A DNA stretch of 64,000 nt from Promethearchaeota archaeon (GCA_019894715.1 JAGXOA010000259.1:225-64224), one strand, 5' to 3'. Positions 48,660 through 58,100 are shown, counted from the first letter of the stretch. The notes: generated from the sequence alone by a model not told the origin. Program-made: numbers and translations.

Positions 48660-49949
48660 CTATCTTAATTTTTTACTTTGTATACCTTTATTAGGATCTT
48701 GATAATATAGTGTATTTGGTGGGACATCTTCAATGACTAAGGTATTGGCTCCTATACAAGAATTAACACCTATTTTTTTACCACACATAATACTTACATT
48801 TATTCCTGTTTTAACATTTGAGCCTACTATTACCCCTAACTTTCTTTTATTGGAATCAATAATATTATTTTTAATTCTAACTTTTATTTTTTTATTGTCT
48901 AATCTTAGATTTGCAACTTTAGTACCAGCACCAAAATTAACATTCCGACAAATTATTGAATCTCCAACATAATTAAAATGAGGGATATTGGTATTTGAAA
49001 GGATAATTGAGTTTTTAATTTCACTAATACCAATATGACAGTTATCTTCTATAAAGGAATAGGGTCTTATGAAAGCATTAGGCCCAATTTTGTTATTTTT
49101 TCCTATATAACAAGGGCCTTCTATGTATGAACCTGATTTAATAATAGTACCTTCTTCAATATAAACATTTCCTTTAATATATACATTTGGTTCAATAACA
49201 CCACTATTTTTCTGTTCTATTTTATTTAATAGATATTTATTTGCATCCAATAGTTGCCAAGGTAATCCAATATCATTCCAATAGAGATTTTTTGACACAT
49301 ATCCTAAAATTATACCTTTTAGCTTAGTGATTAAAATTTCCATAGAATCTGTAAATTCATATTCATTTCTAATAGAGAGTTTTGTCTTATCAATTGCCTT
49401 AAATATTAAAGGATCGAAAATATAAATTCCAATATTTGCCAAATTTCCTAAATTTTGTTCTGGAGAAGGTTTTTCTGTTATATTTCGCACGTATCCATCT
49501 TTGTTAAGAGATATTATTCCATAATTATAAGGGTTATCTACCTCTAATAATGAGATTAGGCCAGTAGGTTTTTTTTTATTGTATTCATTTATGATATTCT
49601 TAAAAATTATTGGATCAACGATAATATCCCCATACATCATCATAAAAATATCATTATCTACAAATTTTTTAGCATAACTTGTAGCATTTGCAGTACCTAA
49701 ATATTCTTTTTGAGTGATATATTTGATATCTATCCCAAATCTATCTTTTCCACCTTCAAAATAATCTTTTATAATATCCTCCTTATAGCCAACAATGAGA
49801 AGAATTTCTTTTATCCCTGCATCTATTAAGCCTAATATATTATGTTCTAATAGAGGTTTACCGGCTATGGGAATCATTGGTTTGGGAATTGAAGATGTTA
49901 TAGGTTTTAATCTATTACCTTCTCCAGCGGTAAGAATAACTGCTTTCAT
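48660..49949 (-). CDS. bifunctional sugar-1-phosphate nucleotidylyltransferase / hexapeptide acyltransferase (GlmU-like)
   Basis: MKAVILTAGEGNRLKPIT...PKPMIPIAGKPLLEH N-terminal NTP-transferase domain. C-terminal left-handed beta-helix repeats. Confidence 0.8.
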   Translation of the reverse strand: MKAVILTAGEGNRLKPITSSIPKPMIPIAGKPLLEHNILGLIDAGIKEILLIVGYKEDIIKDYFEGGKDRFGIDIKYITQKEYLGTANATSYAKKFVDNDIFMMMYGDIIVDPIIFKNIINEYNKKKPTGLISLLEVDNPYNYGIISLNKDGYVRNITEKPSPEQNLGNLANIGIYIFDPLIFKAIDKTKLSIRNEYEFTDSMEILITKLKGIILGYVSKNLYWNDIGLPWQLLDANKYLLNKIEQKNSGVIEPNVYIKGNVYIEEGTIIKSGSYIEGPCYIGKNNKIGPNAFIRPYSFIEDNCHIGISEIKNSIILSNTNIPHFNYVGDSIICRNVNFGAGTKVANLRLDNKKIKVRIKNNIIDSNKRKLGVIVGSNVKTGINVSIMCGKKIGVNSCIGANTLVIEDVPPNTLYYQDPNKGIQSKKLR

Positions 49950-50042
49950 AATAAATTTTATTTATTTAATTTAATGAATGTATAAAGTAATCCAACTAAA
50001 AAAAATTCATCTTAAAAGAATTAATCAAAACCAATTTAATTT

Positions 50043-50930
50043 CTAAACTAAATTATTCAAATATTTTTTTAAGTGTTTGTATGGTTTTAGATCTCCTACA
50101 AATTCTTCTGAAAGTATTTCTTCTTTTGCAATTTGATCTTTTAATTTTAGAAAGACTTTAGAAATTTGGTATAAATCTCCAGAGGCCACAAAATCAAGAG
50201 AATAACCATAGATATGATCGTAAATAATAACAATATTTTCAAGTTCATCTCTCAGATCATTAATGTGAATTTCTTTAATAGTTGTTTGAGCCCTAATCAG
50301 CGTATTCATTGCAATAGTAGCCAATTTTGCAGAGAGTTTAGAACTAAAAACTTCAATCCTTTCTTTATTAGAATCTTCTTTAAGTATCTCTATAAAATCT
50401 ATATTATATAATTTAGAAATAATTGGTAGTCCTTGATTAGAGATCCCGCAATATAATACCTTAGTACCATTGTTAAGACTGGTTTCTTGATCTTTATCAT
50501 TTTCTGATTTTACTGGTACTATATTCTCATTATATCTTAATTTAATATAATCTATTGTTAAAGAGATCATATCATTTAACATGACACTCTTAGAAGCTTT
50601 TTCTAATAATTCAATTGAAGAATAAGATGACTCTATTTTTTCATGAAATTCTCTGATCATATTATGAGTTTCTTTTGAATTTATATCAAAATCTCCAGAA
50701 ATGCAATAGAATAAATTCCGATTTTCAGGAGTTATTATGTGTTCAATTATGATTCTTTCACTATTTCCATTATCTTCAAAAAAAATGCTATTTAGACGCC
50801 AAATATGTTTTGGATTTATACTATTGATTAGTTTTTCAATAAATAAAATTGTTTCAAACAAAGAATATTTAGTTTCATTTGAGCAAAAGAGTACTTCTTC
50901 ATCAAGAATTATTGAAAATCCAGTTATCAT
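50043..50930 (-). CDS. two-domain longin/Roadblock-superfamily-like protein
   Basis: N-terminal MITGFSIILDEEVLFCSN...LFETILFIEKL...ERIIIEHIITPENRNLFYCISGDF and a second similar unit (VLYCGISNQGLPIISKL...NIVIIYDHIYGYSLDFVASGD). Assignment by pattern only. Confidence 0.35.
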   Translation of the reverse strand: MITGFSIILDEEVLFCSNETKYSLFETILFIEKLINSINPKHIWRLNSIFFEDNGNSERIIIEHIITPENRNLFYCISGDFDINSKETHNMIREFHEKIESSYSSIELLEKASKSVMLNDMISLTIDYIKLRYNENIVPVKSENDKDQETSLNNGTKVLYCGISNQGLPIISKLYNIDFIEILKEDSNKERIEVFSSKLSAKLATIAMNTLIRAQTTIKEIHINDLRDELENIVIIYDHIYGYSLDFVASGDLYQISKVFLKLKDQIAKEEILSEEFVGDLKPYKHLKKYLNNLV

Positions 50931-51292
50931 TTTTGAAAAACTATTGTATCAGAATTTTATATATAGACAATTATATTCTAAAAATTAATCCGAATATTAA
51001 TTCTTTTTCATTTCACTAAATATTATGTTTAAAACGTTTTTTTATTATTATTTGATTATTTTTAAATAATATCAAAAATATTTTCAATGAAAATAGAAAT
51101 CTATAATTGGAATAATTTAAAATATAGGTCTGGTTTTTGTTTATATTTATCATTGAAAGAATAATCACCACCCCAATTCATAATATCTTCAATATTATAT
51201 ATGAGCTCCAATAAAAACCCAAAATTTATTTTTTGATATATATTGAAAATTTTAAAACCTAAACTTTTTCTAATAATTTCTTTTTTTTTGTC

Positions 51293-51468
51293 CATATTGA
51301 AGCAGAAAGCCACATCCTTTAGGGTGTGGATGAATGCATATAAAATACCTATTTATTAATTCTTCTCTGTTCTTATCTTTAAATATAAAAAACACATTTT
51401 ATACTTAAAATACTTCGAACTAATACCTTAGAATTGATACCTACTACCTTTAGGTAGTGGTAGTTCAA
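51293..51468 (+). mobile_element. 176-bp IS200/IS605-derived MITE (LE hairpin + RE hairpin) with an internal TATA motif
   Basis: LE CATATTGAAGCAGAAAGCCACATCC-TTTA-GGGTGTGG (hairpin 51310..51329). RE CTACTACC-TTTA-GGTAGTGG (51441..51460) with terminus GTAGTTCAA at 51468. Confidence 0.8.
51378..51385 (+). promoter_or_regulatory. TATA box (cTTTAAATA) inside the MITE, facing the right end and the sir2 fragment
   Basis: Same CTTTAAATA core as the six gene promoters listed. Confidence 0.35.
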
Positions 51469-51837
51469 AATTATACTAAAAAAAGTATTTTAAAGATAAA
51501 AAAAAAAAGTTCTAATTTACCTCCAAAGTGTAAAATATGTTCTTCTCCCTTGAAGCCTTCTGTAATTCTATTTAGAGAAATTTTACCCTCATTTGAATGT
51601 TATAAATCTCAGCAACTAGCAAAAGAGACAGATATATTATTAGTCGTGGGCTCATCCCTCACAGTTAATCCAATAGCAAATTTACCATTATACAGCATAA
51701 ATGCAGGAAGAAAATTAATAATTATAAATGATGAATCTACATATTTAGATGATAAAGCAAATGTAGTTATTAAAAATAGAACAGAGATTATTTTACCATT
51801 GCTTTTAGAACAAATCAAAAAAGAAATTTCAAAATGA
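51457..51837 (+). pseudogene. Sir2-family NAD-dependent deacylase, C-terminal about 45% only
   Basis: CKICSSPLKPSVILFREILP...DILLVVGSSLTVNPIANLP...GRKLIIINDESTYLDDKA matches the second Zn pair and C-terminal Rossmann half of CobB/Sir2. The N-terminal catalytic half is absent, and the ORF's GTG lies inside the MITE right-end hairpin. The usual FGE is FRE here. Confidence 0.7.
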
Positions 51838-51891
51838 AGAAGATGAGAATTTTTAATGATTTAAATAAATATTGAATCATTCTATATACTT

Positions 51892-53484
51892 ATGAAATAT
51901 GAATATAATACCATTATAAAAAATTGGAATAATATTGATCTATCTATTGGATTAATATACCCAAATATCTACGAAATCGGATTATCATCCTATGCTATCC
52001 GATTATTATATTCATATATAAATTCTTATGATAACATTGTTTGTGAACGCATTTTTCTTCCTAAATATACTAAATATCCTGCATCTGAAGATGTTCAATC
52101 TGAAGGGATATTAAATAGTATTGAAAATCAAATTCATCCAAAAAAATTTGATATACTTGGATTTTCTGTTCAATTTGAAAATGATATAAGGAATGTTTTA
52201 TGGATTTTAGAAAAATCAGGAATACCTATTTCAAATAAAGTTCGAATGAAAGAGAGAATTGAAAAAAAGAACCAATATCCCTTGATTGTCGGTGGAGGTC
52301 CTGTAATCACATCAAATCCCATTTCCTTAAATAAGATTTTTGATATCGATTTTATTGGTGATGCTGAGCCTAATCTTGATAATTTTCTTAAAACCTATAT
52401 AAATTTTAAATCTAATAATAATAATGATCTGAAGATTTACTTAAAGAATTTATCAGAATCTCGAGGAATATATATTCCACTATTGAAAAATAAAGTTAGA
52501 AGAGTAATTATTAAAAATATTGATGATTCAGAAATACCGATTAACCAAATAAAAGTATACTCAAATTCTAAAAAAAAAGCTTTTGAAGATTGTTTTTTTA
52601 TTGAAGTTAATAGAGGTTGTCCATATCAATGTAAATTCTGTATATCCTCTTATCATAATTTACCCTTTAGAAATAGAAGTCTTGAAAATATTAAATTAGT
52701 AATAGAAAGAGCTAAAGAAAGTCAAGAAATTGAGACTATCAGCTTAATAGGTTCTTGTGTATCTGTGCATCCTAAATTTTATGAAATTTGTGAATTAATC
52801 ATTGAGAATAAAATACGATTAACAATTCCATCTTTAAGGATTGACCATCTTTCAGAAAAAATTATTAAAATTCTTGAAAGAGGAAATATAAAAACAATAA
52901 CAGTTGCACCAGAGACAGGTTCAGAAGAATTAAGATATAATTTGGGTAAAAAAATTTCAAATCTACAAATTCTTCAAACTTTAGAGAGAATTAAAGATTC
53001 TAAGATTGAAAATGTAAAGTTATATTTTTTAATTGGATTGCCAAATGAAAAAGAAGCGGATATTGACGCTATTATTAATTTAATTAAGAAAATAGATAAA
53101 TTAAAATTTAATAAAAAATCAATCCGAGTGAGTATTAATCCCCTTATCCCAAAATTAAATACTCCATATGAAAAGGAAGTTAATTGGTATATTGGCGATA
53201 ATTTATCTATGCTTAAATCAAGATTTGAAAAGATTCAAAAAGAACTAAAAGGATTAGTATCAATCAATCTAAAAGTTTATAAAATAAATAATCTCATAAA
53301 AAATGCAAAATTACAGACTTTAATTTCACTTGGAAATGAAAGGGTATCTGAACTTCTGATAAATTATTATCATTATGGAGCAAATTTTGGTTCATTAAGA
53401 AGAGCAGAAAAAAATCTTAATTTTTCTATTAAAGATTATTTTATTAAAATAAAAGATGGTTATAGTCCTTGGAAATTAAAATAA
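51892..53484 (+). CDS. radical SAM protein with an N-terminal B12-binding-like domain
   Basis: NRGCPYQCKFCIS CxxxCxxC cluster motif about 240 aa in. An N-terminal Rossmann-like domain (IVGGGPVITS) precedes it. Confidence 0.75.
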   Translation: MKYEYNTIIKNWNNIDLSIGLIYPNIYEIGLSSYAIRLLYSYINSYDNIVCERIFLPKYTKYPASEDVQSEGILNSIENQIHPKKFDILGFSVQFENDIRNVLWILEKSGIPISNKVRMKERIEKKNQYPLIVGGGPVITSNPISLNKIFDIDFIGDAEPNLDNFLKTYINFKSNNNNDLKIYLKNLSESRGIYIPLLKNKVRRVIIKNIDDSEIPINQIKVYSNSKKKAFEDCFFIEVNRGCPYQCKFCISSYHNLPFRNRSLENIKLVIERAKESQEIETISLIGSCVSVHPKFYEICELIIENKIRLTIPSLRIDHLSEKIIKILERGNIKTITVAPETGSEELRYNLGKKISNLQILQTLERIKDSKIENVKLYFLIGLPNEKEADIDAIINLIKKIDKLKFNKKSIRVSINPLIPKLNTPYEKEVNWYIGDNLSMLKSRFEKIQKELKGLVSINLKVYKINNLIKNAKLQTLISLGNERVSELLINYYHYGANFGSLRRAEKNLNFSIKDYFIKIKDGYSPWKLK

Positions 53485-53496
53485 AGGGAAAAAGAA

Positions 53497-54000
53497 TTAT
53501 TCTATTTTATCAAATACTTTTTTCACAGCACCACATACAGGACATTTATCAGGAGCATCTCCTTCAATAGTATATCCACAAATAGGACATACATAAATTT
53601 CTTGTGTTTCTAATTTTTTATCATTTTCAGCTGCAGCCAATGCCTTAGAATATAATTCATGATGAACTTTTTCTACTTGATTGGCATAATTAAAAGTTCT
53701 AATTGCTTTTTCATGTTTTTCCTCTTTAGCATCTTTTAAAAATTCAGGATACATTTTTGTAAATTCATAATGCTCCCCTTCAATAGCTTCTTTAATGTTT
53801 TCTATTGTAGATTTAATTCCACCTAAAACTCTCAAATGATTATGAGCATGCACAGTTTCTGCTGCTGCTGCTGCTCTAAAGATTTTTGCTATTTGATGAT
53901 ATTCATCTTGATCTGCCTTCTTAGCGAATGCTAAATATTTTCGATTAGCTTGACTTTCTCCAGCAAAAGCTGCGTTTAAATTTTCTTTTGTCTTGGTCAT
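53497..54000 (-). CDS. rbr: rubrerythrin
   Basis: Diiron four-helix ExxH motifs (AAAAETVHAHNH, VEKVHHELY) plus the C-terminal rubredoxin CPICG...CPVCG. Confidence 0.9.
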   Translation of the reverse strand: MTKTKENLNAAFAGESQANRKYLAFAKKADQDEYHQIAKIFRAAAAAETVHAHNHLRVLGGIKSTIENIKEAIEGEHYEFTKMYPEFLKDAKEEKHEKAIRTFNYANQVEKVHHELYSKALAAAENDKKLETQEIYVCPICGYTIEGDAPDKCPVCGAVKKVFDKIE

Positions 54001-54339
54001 ATTATATCATACTTTTTGAATTTAGTTAGGTTATAGTAGATAATATTTTAAATTAGTCATTATGAATCATAAATTATATTTCTAAAGATTGATCATAGCT
54101 TACAAAAATCTTGACAAATCTGGACATTTTTTAAACTATTATTAGATTGAAGGTTTTTTTATAATTTTATATATAGAAAAAAATCTATACTCATTTTATA
54201 TATAAAATTTAGAAAATCAAGCTCGACTTTTTCTTTATATATGAATAATATATTATGAAGATAGCAAAAAAAAAATATAGAGTTGATAATATAAGAAAGA
54301 AATTATTATATTTTTCTCATTGGAATTAAAAATAAAGTG

Positions 54340-54510
54340 AAAGAGGATTTCCCTCAAATGGAGAAAGATTTTCTCAAATCGAGAAGAAATTATAAATTCT
54401 TTGGCTATGTCTATATGGTGTAGTCATGATCGTCCGTTGCCGATCCCTCAGGAGGTCATTTATTGATGTTCATAAATGTCCAGATTTTTTGCAACGGTAT
54501 TATATTCAAA
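54340..54510 (-). mobile_element. decayed TnpB-element 3' relic (last about 16 tnpB codons plus an omega-RNA-like GC-rich stretch)
   Basis: The minus strand reads FEYNTVAKNLDIYEHQ* (stop 54462..54460). The 16-nt ACATTTATGAACATCA is shared with 37314..37329. GC-rich 54400..54460. Two 21-nt direct repeats at 54342..54383. No CCTTTAGG hairpin. Confidence 0.45.
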
Positions 54511-54553
54511 ATAGGGAGTTATTTAAAATTTAATTTTTAGAAATTATTCAACT

Positions 54554-55342
54554 TTATTCTAATTTTTTGAGAGAATTTATTATTTTTCTTGAAGTATGTT
54601 CTACAATTCCAAATTGAGTTTTAATATCAAATAGAAGTATTATGAAATAAGAATCATCAATATATTCTGTGTAAATTATTTCTTTTTCTAAAGTAAAAAA
54701 CAGTCTCAAGATTGAATTATTATAAATTTTAATTCTAAAATCAAGTTTATTTAATAATTGTTTCAGTTTTATTGGATTTATAGAACTATATACAATCCGA
54801 TCTTTATTTGTGAGTAAAACCATCCCTTCTATATCATTTTTCATATGAAGGTTTTTTAAAAAAGTTAAAAACTTTATTTCTTTCTTTTTACTGAATTGAA
54901 TAGTTTTATTTCTAACTAGATTATCAATAAATGCATTTATATTTTCATCACGAATGCACTCAACGTTTGTATTTATTTTTTTTTCGATTACATAATTTCT
55001 GAGACAATCATCAATTTTATTCACATAATCTTTGATCGTTTCCATATCTTGTTTTATATCACATAAAAATCCATAAAAGAAAATATCTCGTTGAAATATA
55101 ACAATTTTAACAGAATTCATATCTACAGTTTTTAATTTTTTGCCTACCATTTCTTGAGAAAAAGAAATTATAGCAGAGCAAAATGCAGAAAGTAAATTAT
55201 CATTCATTCTATATTGATTTGTAAAATTCCGGCTATACAAACAAATACCTGCTCTGTTAAACACGAAGAGATAATGAATATTGAATAATTCAATTGAGTC
55301 TTTGATATCACTCGATAGAATAGATTTATCAATTAAAGTCAT
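54554..55342 (-). CDS. longin-fold protein with a TRAPP Bet5/sybindin-like N-terminal domain plus a second Roadblock/longin-like domain
   Basis: IHYLFVFNRAGICLYSRNF...LLSAFCSAIISFSQEM...VKIVIFQRDIFFYGFLCD parallels the N-terminal pattern of TRAPPC1/Bet5 (MTVHNLYLFDRNGVCLHY..., recalled from memory). Second unit IEGMVLLTNKDRIVYSS. Confidence 0.45.
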   Translation of the reverse strand: MTLIDKSILSSDIKDSIELFNIHYLFVFNRAGICLYSRNFTNQYRMNDNLLSAFCSAIISFSQEMVGKKLKTVDMNSVKIVIFQRDIFFYGFLCDIKQDMETIKDYVNKIDDCLRNYVIEKKINTNVECIRDENINAFIDNLVRNKTIQFSKKKEIKFLTFLKNLHMKNDIEGMVLLTNKDRIVYSSINPIKLKQLLNKLDFRIKIYNNSILRLFFTLEKEIIYTEYIDDSYFIILLFDIKTQFGIVEHTSRKIINSLKKLE

Positions 55343-55808
55343 ATCTATTTTTTAAAATTAAACTATAAAAAAACCTCTTTTCTATCTTAAAAAATTAATG
55401 ATAAAAACTACAATTTTTCTGATTTCATTGGTAAAAATTAAAAAAAAAAAAAAAGTGACTAAAATAAACAGGTTAAATTAAATTAATATATAGAATTTAA
55501 TTTCTTAGTTATTGATTTGATTATATATTTAGATTTTAATGATTTTATTTAATAAATGATTTTCTTTATTTCCTTTCTCTATAAATATCCCTATATAAGA
55601 TTTTAAAATTCTTTAGTAATCCAATTAATATATTTCCGTGGGATACAAGAGATATTTAAAGATCTATCTCTTTTGCAAAATGCGTTTTTGAATCTATTAT
55701 TAACATTCTATGATAACTTTACCTCTAAATTTAAATACAAGCATAATAAATAAATAATTAAAGTATTAAAAAAAACATATCAAAAACTAATATTTGGAGG
55801 AATAAAAA

Positions 55809-56030
55809 ATGGCTAAAAAACCTGTTGTTGGCAAAAAACCATCTTCTGGTGGAGATGTTTTATTTGTCAAAAGTAAAGTCAGAGATTATATCAAATCTAA
55901 AGAATGTAATACAAGTGGAGATGTAATCGATGGTAGAGTTTTAAATGGTAGACTTATTGAACTACTTGACAAAGCTGTCGCTAGAGCTAAGGCAAATGGC
56001 AGAAAAACAGTTCAAGAAAAAGATCTTTAA
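55809..56030 (+). CDS. small histone-fold-like DNA-binding protein (DUF1931-type) with a Lys-rich N-terminal tail
   Basis: LFVKSKVRDYIKSK...RVLNGRLIELLDKAVARAKANGRKTVQEKDL resembles alpha1-L1-alpha2-L2 of a histone fold with the RKT(V/I)xxxD motif. GGAGG lies 8 nt upstream of the ATG. Confidence 0.5.
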   Translation: MAKKPVVGKKPSSGGDVLFVKSKVRDYIKSKECNTSGDVIDGRVLNGRLIELLDKAVARAKANGRKTVQEKDL

Positions 56031-56273
56031 ATGTAATATCTAAAGATTAATATAATTAATTTTTATGTTTTTTTTTCTTTTTTATCAATTTTAAAAAGTA
56101 AATCACTAATTCAACAAGGTGATCATATTAAAATTCAGAATATTCTTAAGATAGAATTATACACACACAATCTTTTATACAAAGGAAAAGAGAATAAATA
56201 ATAAATCCTTAAAAAAATCGCGCCTTTTATATCCTTCACCTATTGGATTTGTCCAAAAAATTCTCTTTTCTTT

Positions 56274-56810
56274 TTATTTCCTTTTTTCTTCATCTACTTT
56301 ATCAATAATAAAAAATCCAATTGATAATACACTTTTTAATTGCTCTAAATTCTCCTTTAATTTCTCAACTCTATCAAATGGACCTGAGACTGCTATAATT
56401 TCTAAACATTTTTCAAATTGAAGATGAATGTGCATTTTTGATATAATCACATCTGTAAAATGATGTTGTATCTCATTGTTTAGAATTAAATCTGTTTGAT
56501 GAACATTTGCATAAATAGGGCGAGAACTATAATCATGTTCATGATCAAGTGATTTCTTATGATTTTGTTCATCATCATTATCATCATGAGAAGAATCCTC
56601 TATAAAATGTTTATAGCCCATTATAAGAGATATGCATCCTATTACATTACTTGAGATTTTTGATAAATTTTCTTGACTAGACATATAGCTGTACATAGCT
56701 TTTCTTACAGCATCAGATCTGGAAATATTTAATTTTTTTCTATATTTTTCAAATTCCTCATATAAATCTTGAGGTAATGAAACTGTAAATCGTTTGTATT
56801 CTTCACTCAT
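56274..56810 (-). CDS. nikR: nickel-responsive regulator NikR (RHH + ACT-like domain)
   Basis: RFTVSLPQDLYEEFEKYRKKLNISRSDAVRKAM ribbon-helix-helix. C-terminal HIHLQFEKCLEIIAVSGPFDRVEKL. His/Asp-rich insert SSHDDNDDEQNHKKSLDHEHD. Confidence 0.8.
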   Translation of the reverse strand: MSEEYKRFTVSLPQDLYEEFEKYRKKLNISRSDAVRKAMYSYMSSQENLSKISSNVIGCISLIMGYKHFIEDSSHDDNDDEQNHKKSLDHEHDYSSRPIYANVHQTDLILNNEIQHHFTDVIISKMHIHLQFEKCLEIIAVSGPFDRVEKLKENLEQLKSVLSIGFFIIDKVDEEKRK

Positions 56811-56857
56811 TTTTTATACAATTTAATTTTAAAGATATAACGTTTTTTATAAGGAAT

Positions 56858-57592
56858 TTATTTACGTAAGAAAATAGCGATTGGAACACTAGCTTCTCTC
56901 CATTGGGCGATTTTTCCAGAATATTCAAAATTCATTTTCGAACGTCCATGATCTCCAATAATTATCATTAAGGAATTGGGTCTTAATTGTTTATAATTAC
57001 TGATAAGCCATTTATCAGTTCTATTAATGAGCTTTTCTATTAAATCTTCAGGGGTTCGACGTCTTAATCTTTGTTGCTGTTTATGTAAGTTTTCAAAATC
57101 TAAATAATGCATCCAAGAGAGATCATATTTATTAATAGCTTTAGCAGATTCAATCCATGTTGCCATATCTGTATCTTTTGGTATTGAAGTTGTGCCTTCA
57201 GCATATCTATCTAAGTCCTTCTGTCTTGCTATAATGCAAGTATTTTTTCCATTATTATTCATATGTTTTAAAAGATGAAATCCATTTGGCTCGACTTGAA
57301 ATCCACCATACATTAACTGATGTAGCACTCCTAAAGTATAAGGATTTTTAGTGCTTAGTAACAACATTGCTTCAGAATTAGTTATCATAAATGATGGTTT
57401 AAAATAGGTTATTTCAAACAATCCAAAATTATCTAATAGATTTATACTAATTCGCTCAATACCTTTATACATATTTACAATAGATTCGACTGGTTTTGGA
57501 ATTTTTTCTGAAGGATATTTTATTCCAAATAATTCTAGGAGAGTTGCTGGTACTTGTGATAGGTATCCTTTTAAAGTTTTAAGTTCACTCAT
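56858..57592 (-). CDS. alkaline-phosphatase-superfamily-like metalloenzyme (short form)
   Basis: N-terminal INLLDNFG (metal Asp region) and C-terminal MIIIGDHGRS. The assignment is tentative. Confidence 0.4.
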   Translation of the reverse strand: MSELKTLKGYLSQVPATLLELFGIKYPSEKIPKPVESIVNMYKGIERISINLLDNFGLFEITYFKPSFMITNSEAMLLLSTKNPYTLGVLHQLMYGGFQVEPNGFHLLKHMNNNGKNTCIIARQKDLDRYAEGTTSIPKDTDMATWIESAKAINKYDLSWMHYLDFENLHKQQQRLRRRTPEDLIEKLINRTDKWLISNYKQLRPNSLMIIIGDHGRSKMNFEYSGKIAQWREASVPIAIFLRK

Positions 57593-57740
57593 TCAAAATC
57601 ACGCCAAAATATTAAAAATTTAAAATAATCTTATAATTTTTATTATTATAATTATAATAATAACAATTTAATTATTTTTGTATATAAATTTATATTTATA
57701 ATCAAATAAAAGAGTAAATCAATTTAAATAAGGAAATGTT

Positions 57741-57980
57741 ATGAATGCTAAAAAAAAAATTGAATTAATTGATAGTATATTAGAAAGATGGAACGAAAAA
57801 TCATGTTTTTATTGTGGTGGTGCTTTAAACGGAGATATGACAGATGAGGACTATAATGAAATGAACTCAGATACATATTGCCAATATTGTGGAAAAGATA
57901 TTGATCCTTATGATGAGTGGGATAACAGTTGTCTAAGTGTTATTGAAAAAGTATTAAAGAACGAGAAATTTAAACCTTAG
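57741..57980 (+). CDS. small zinc-ribbon protein
   Basis: CFYCGG...CQYCG ribbon, acidic. Confidence 0.45.
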   Translation: MNAKKKIELIDSILERWNEKSCFYCGGALNGDMTDEDYNEMNSDTYCQYCGKDIDPYDEWDNSCLSVIEKVLKNEKFKP

Positions 57981-58100
57981 ATATCATTTAATATATATAT
58001 TCTTATTTTTAATTTTTCAAGTTGTTTAACATAAGAAAATAAGAATTTTCTATTCGATTAAAAGTAAAACGGATAAAATTCCAATCTGGAGGGATTTCTT

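Noticed and set aside
56098-56130. 13-nt match TAAATCACTAATT to the MITE left-end block, and a CACCTA..TTGGATTTGT resemblance at 56236..56256.
   Set aside because: The matches are short, in mutually inconsistent orientations, lack hairpins, and a 13-mer match is expected by chance in 64 kb of AT-rich DNA.
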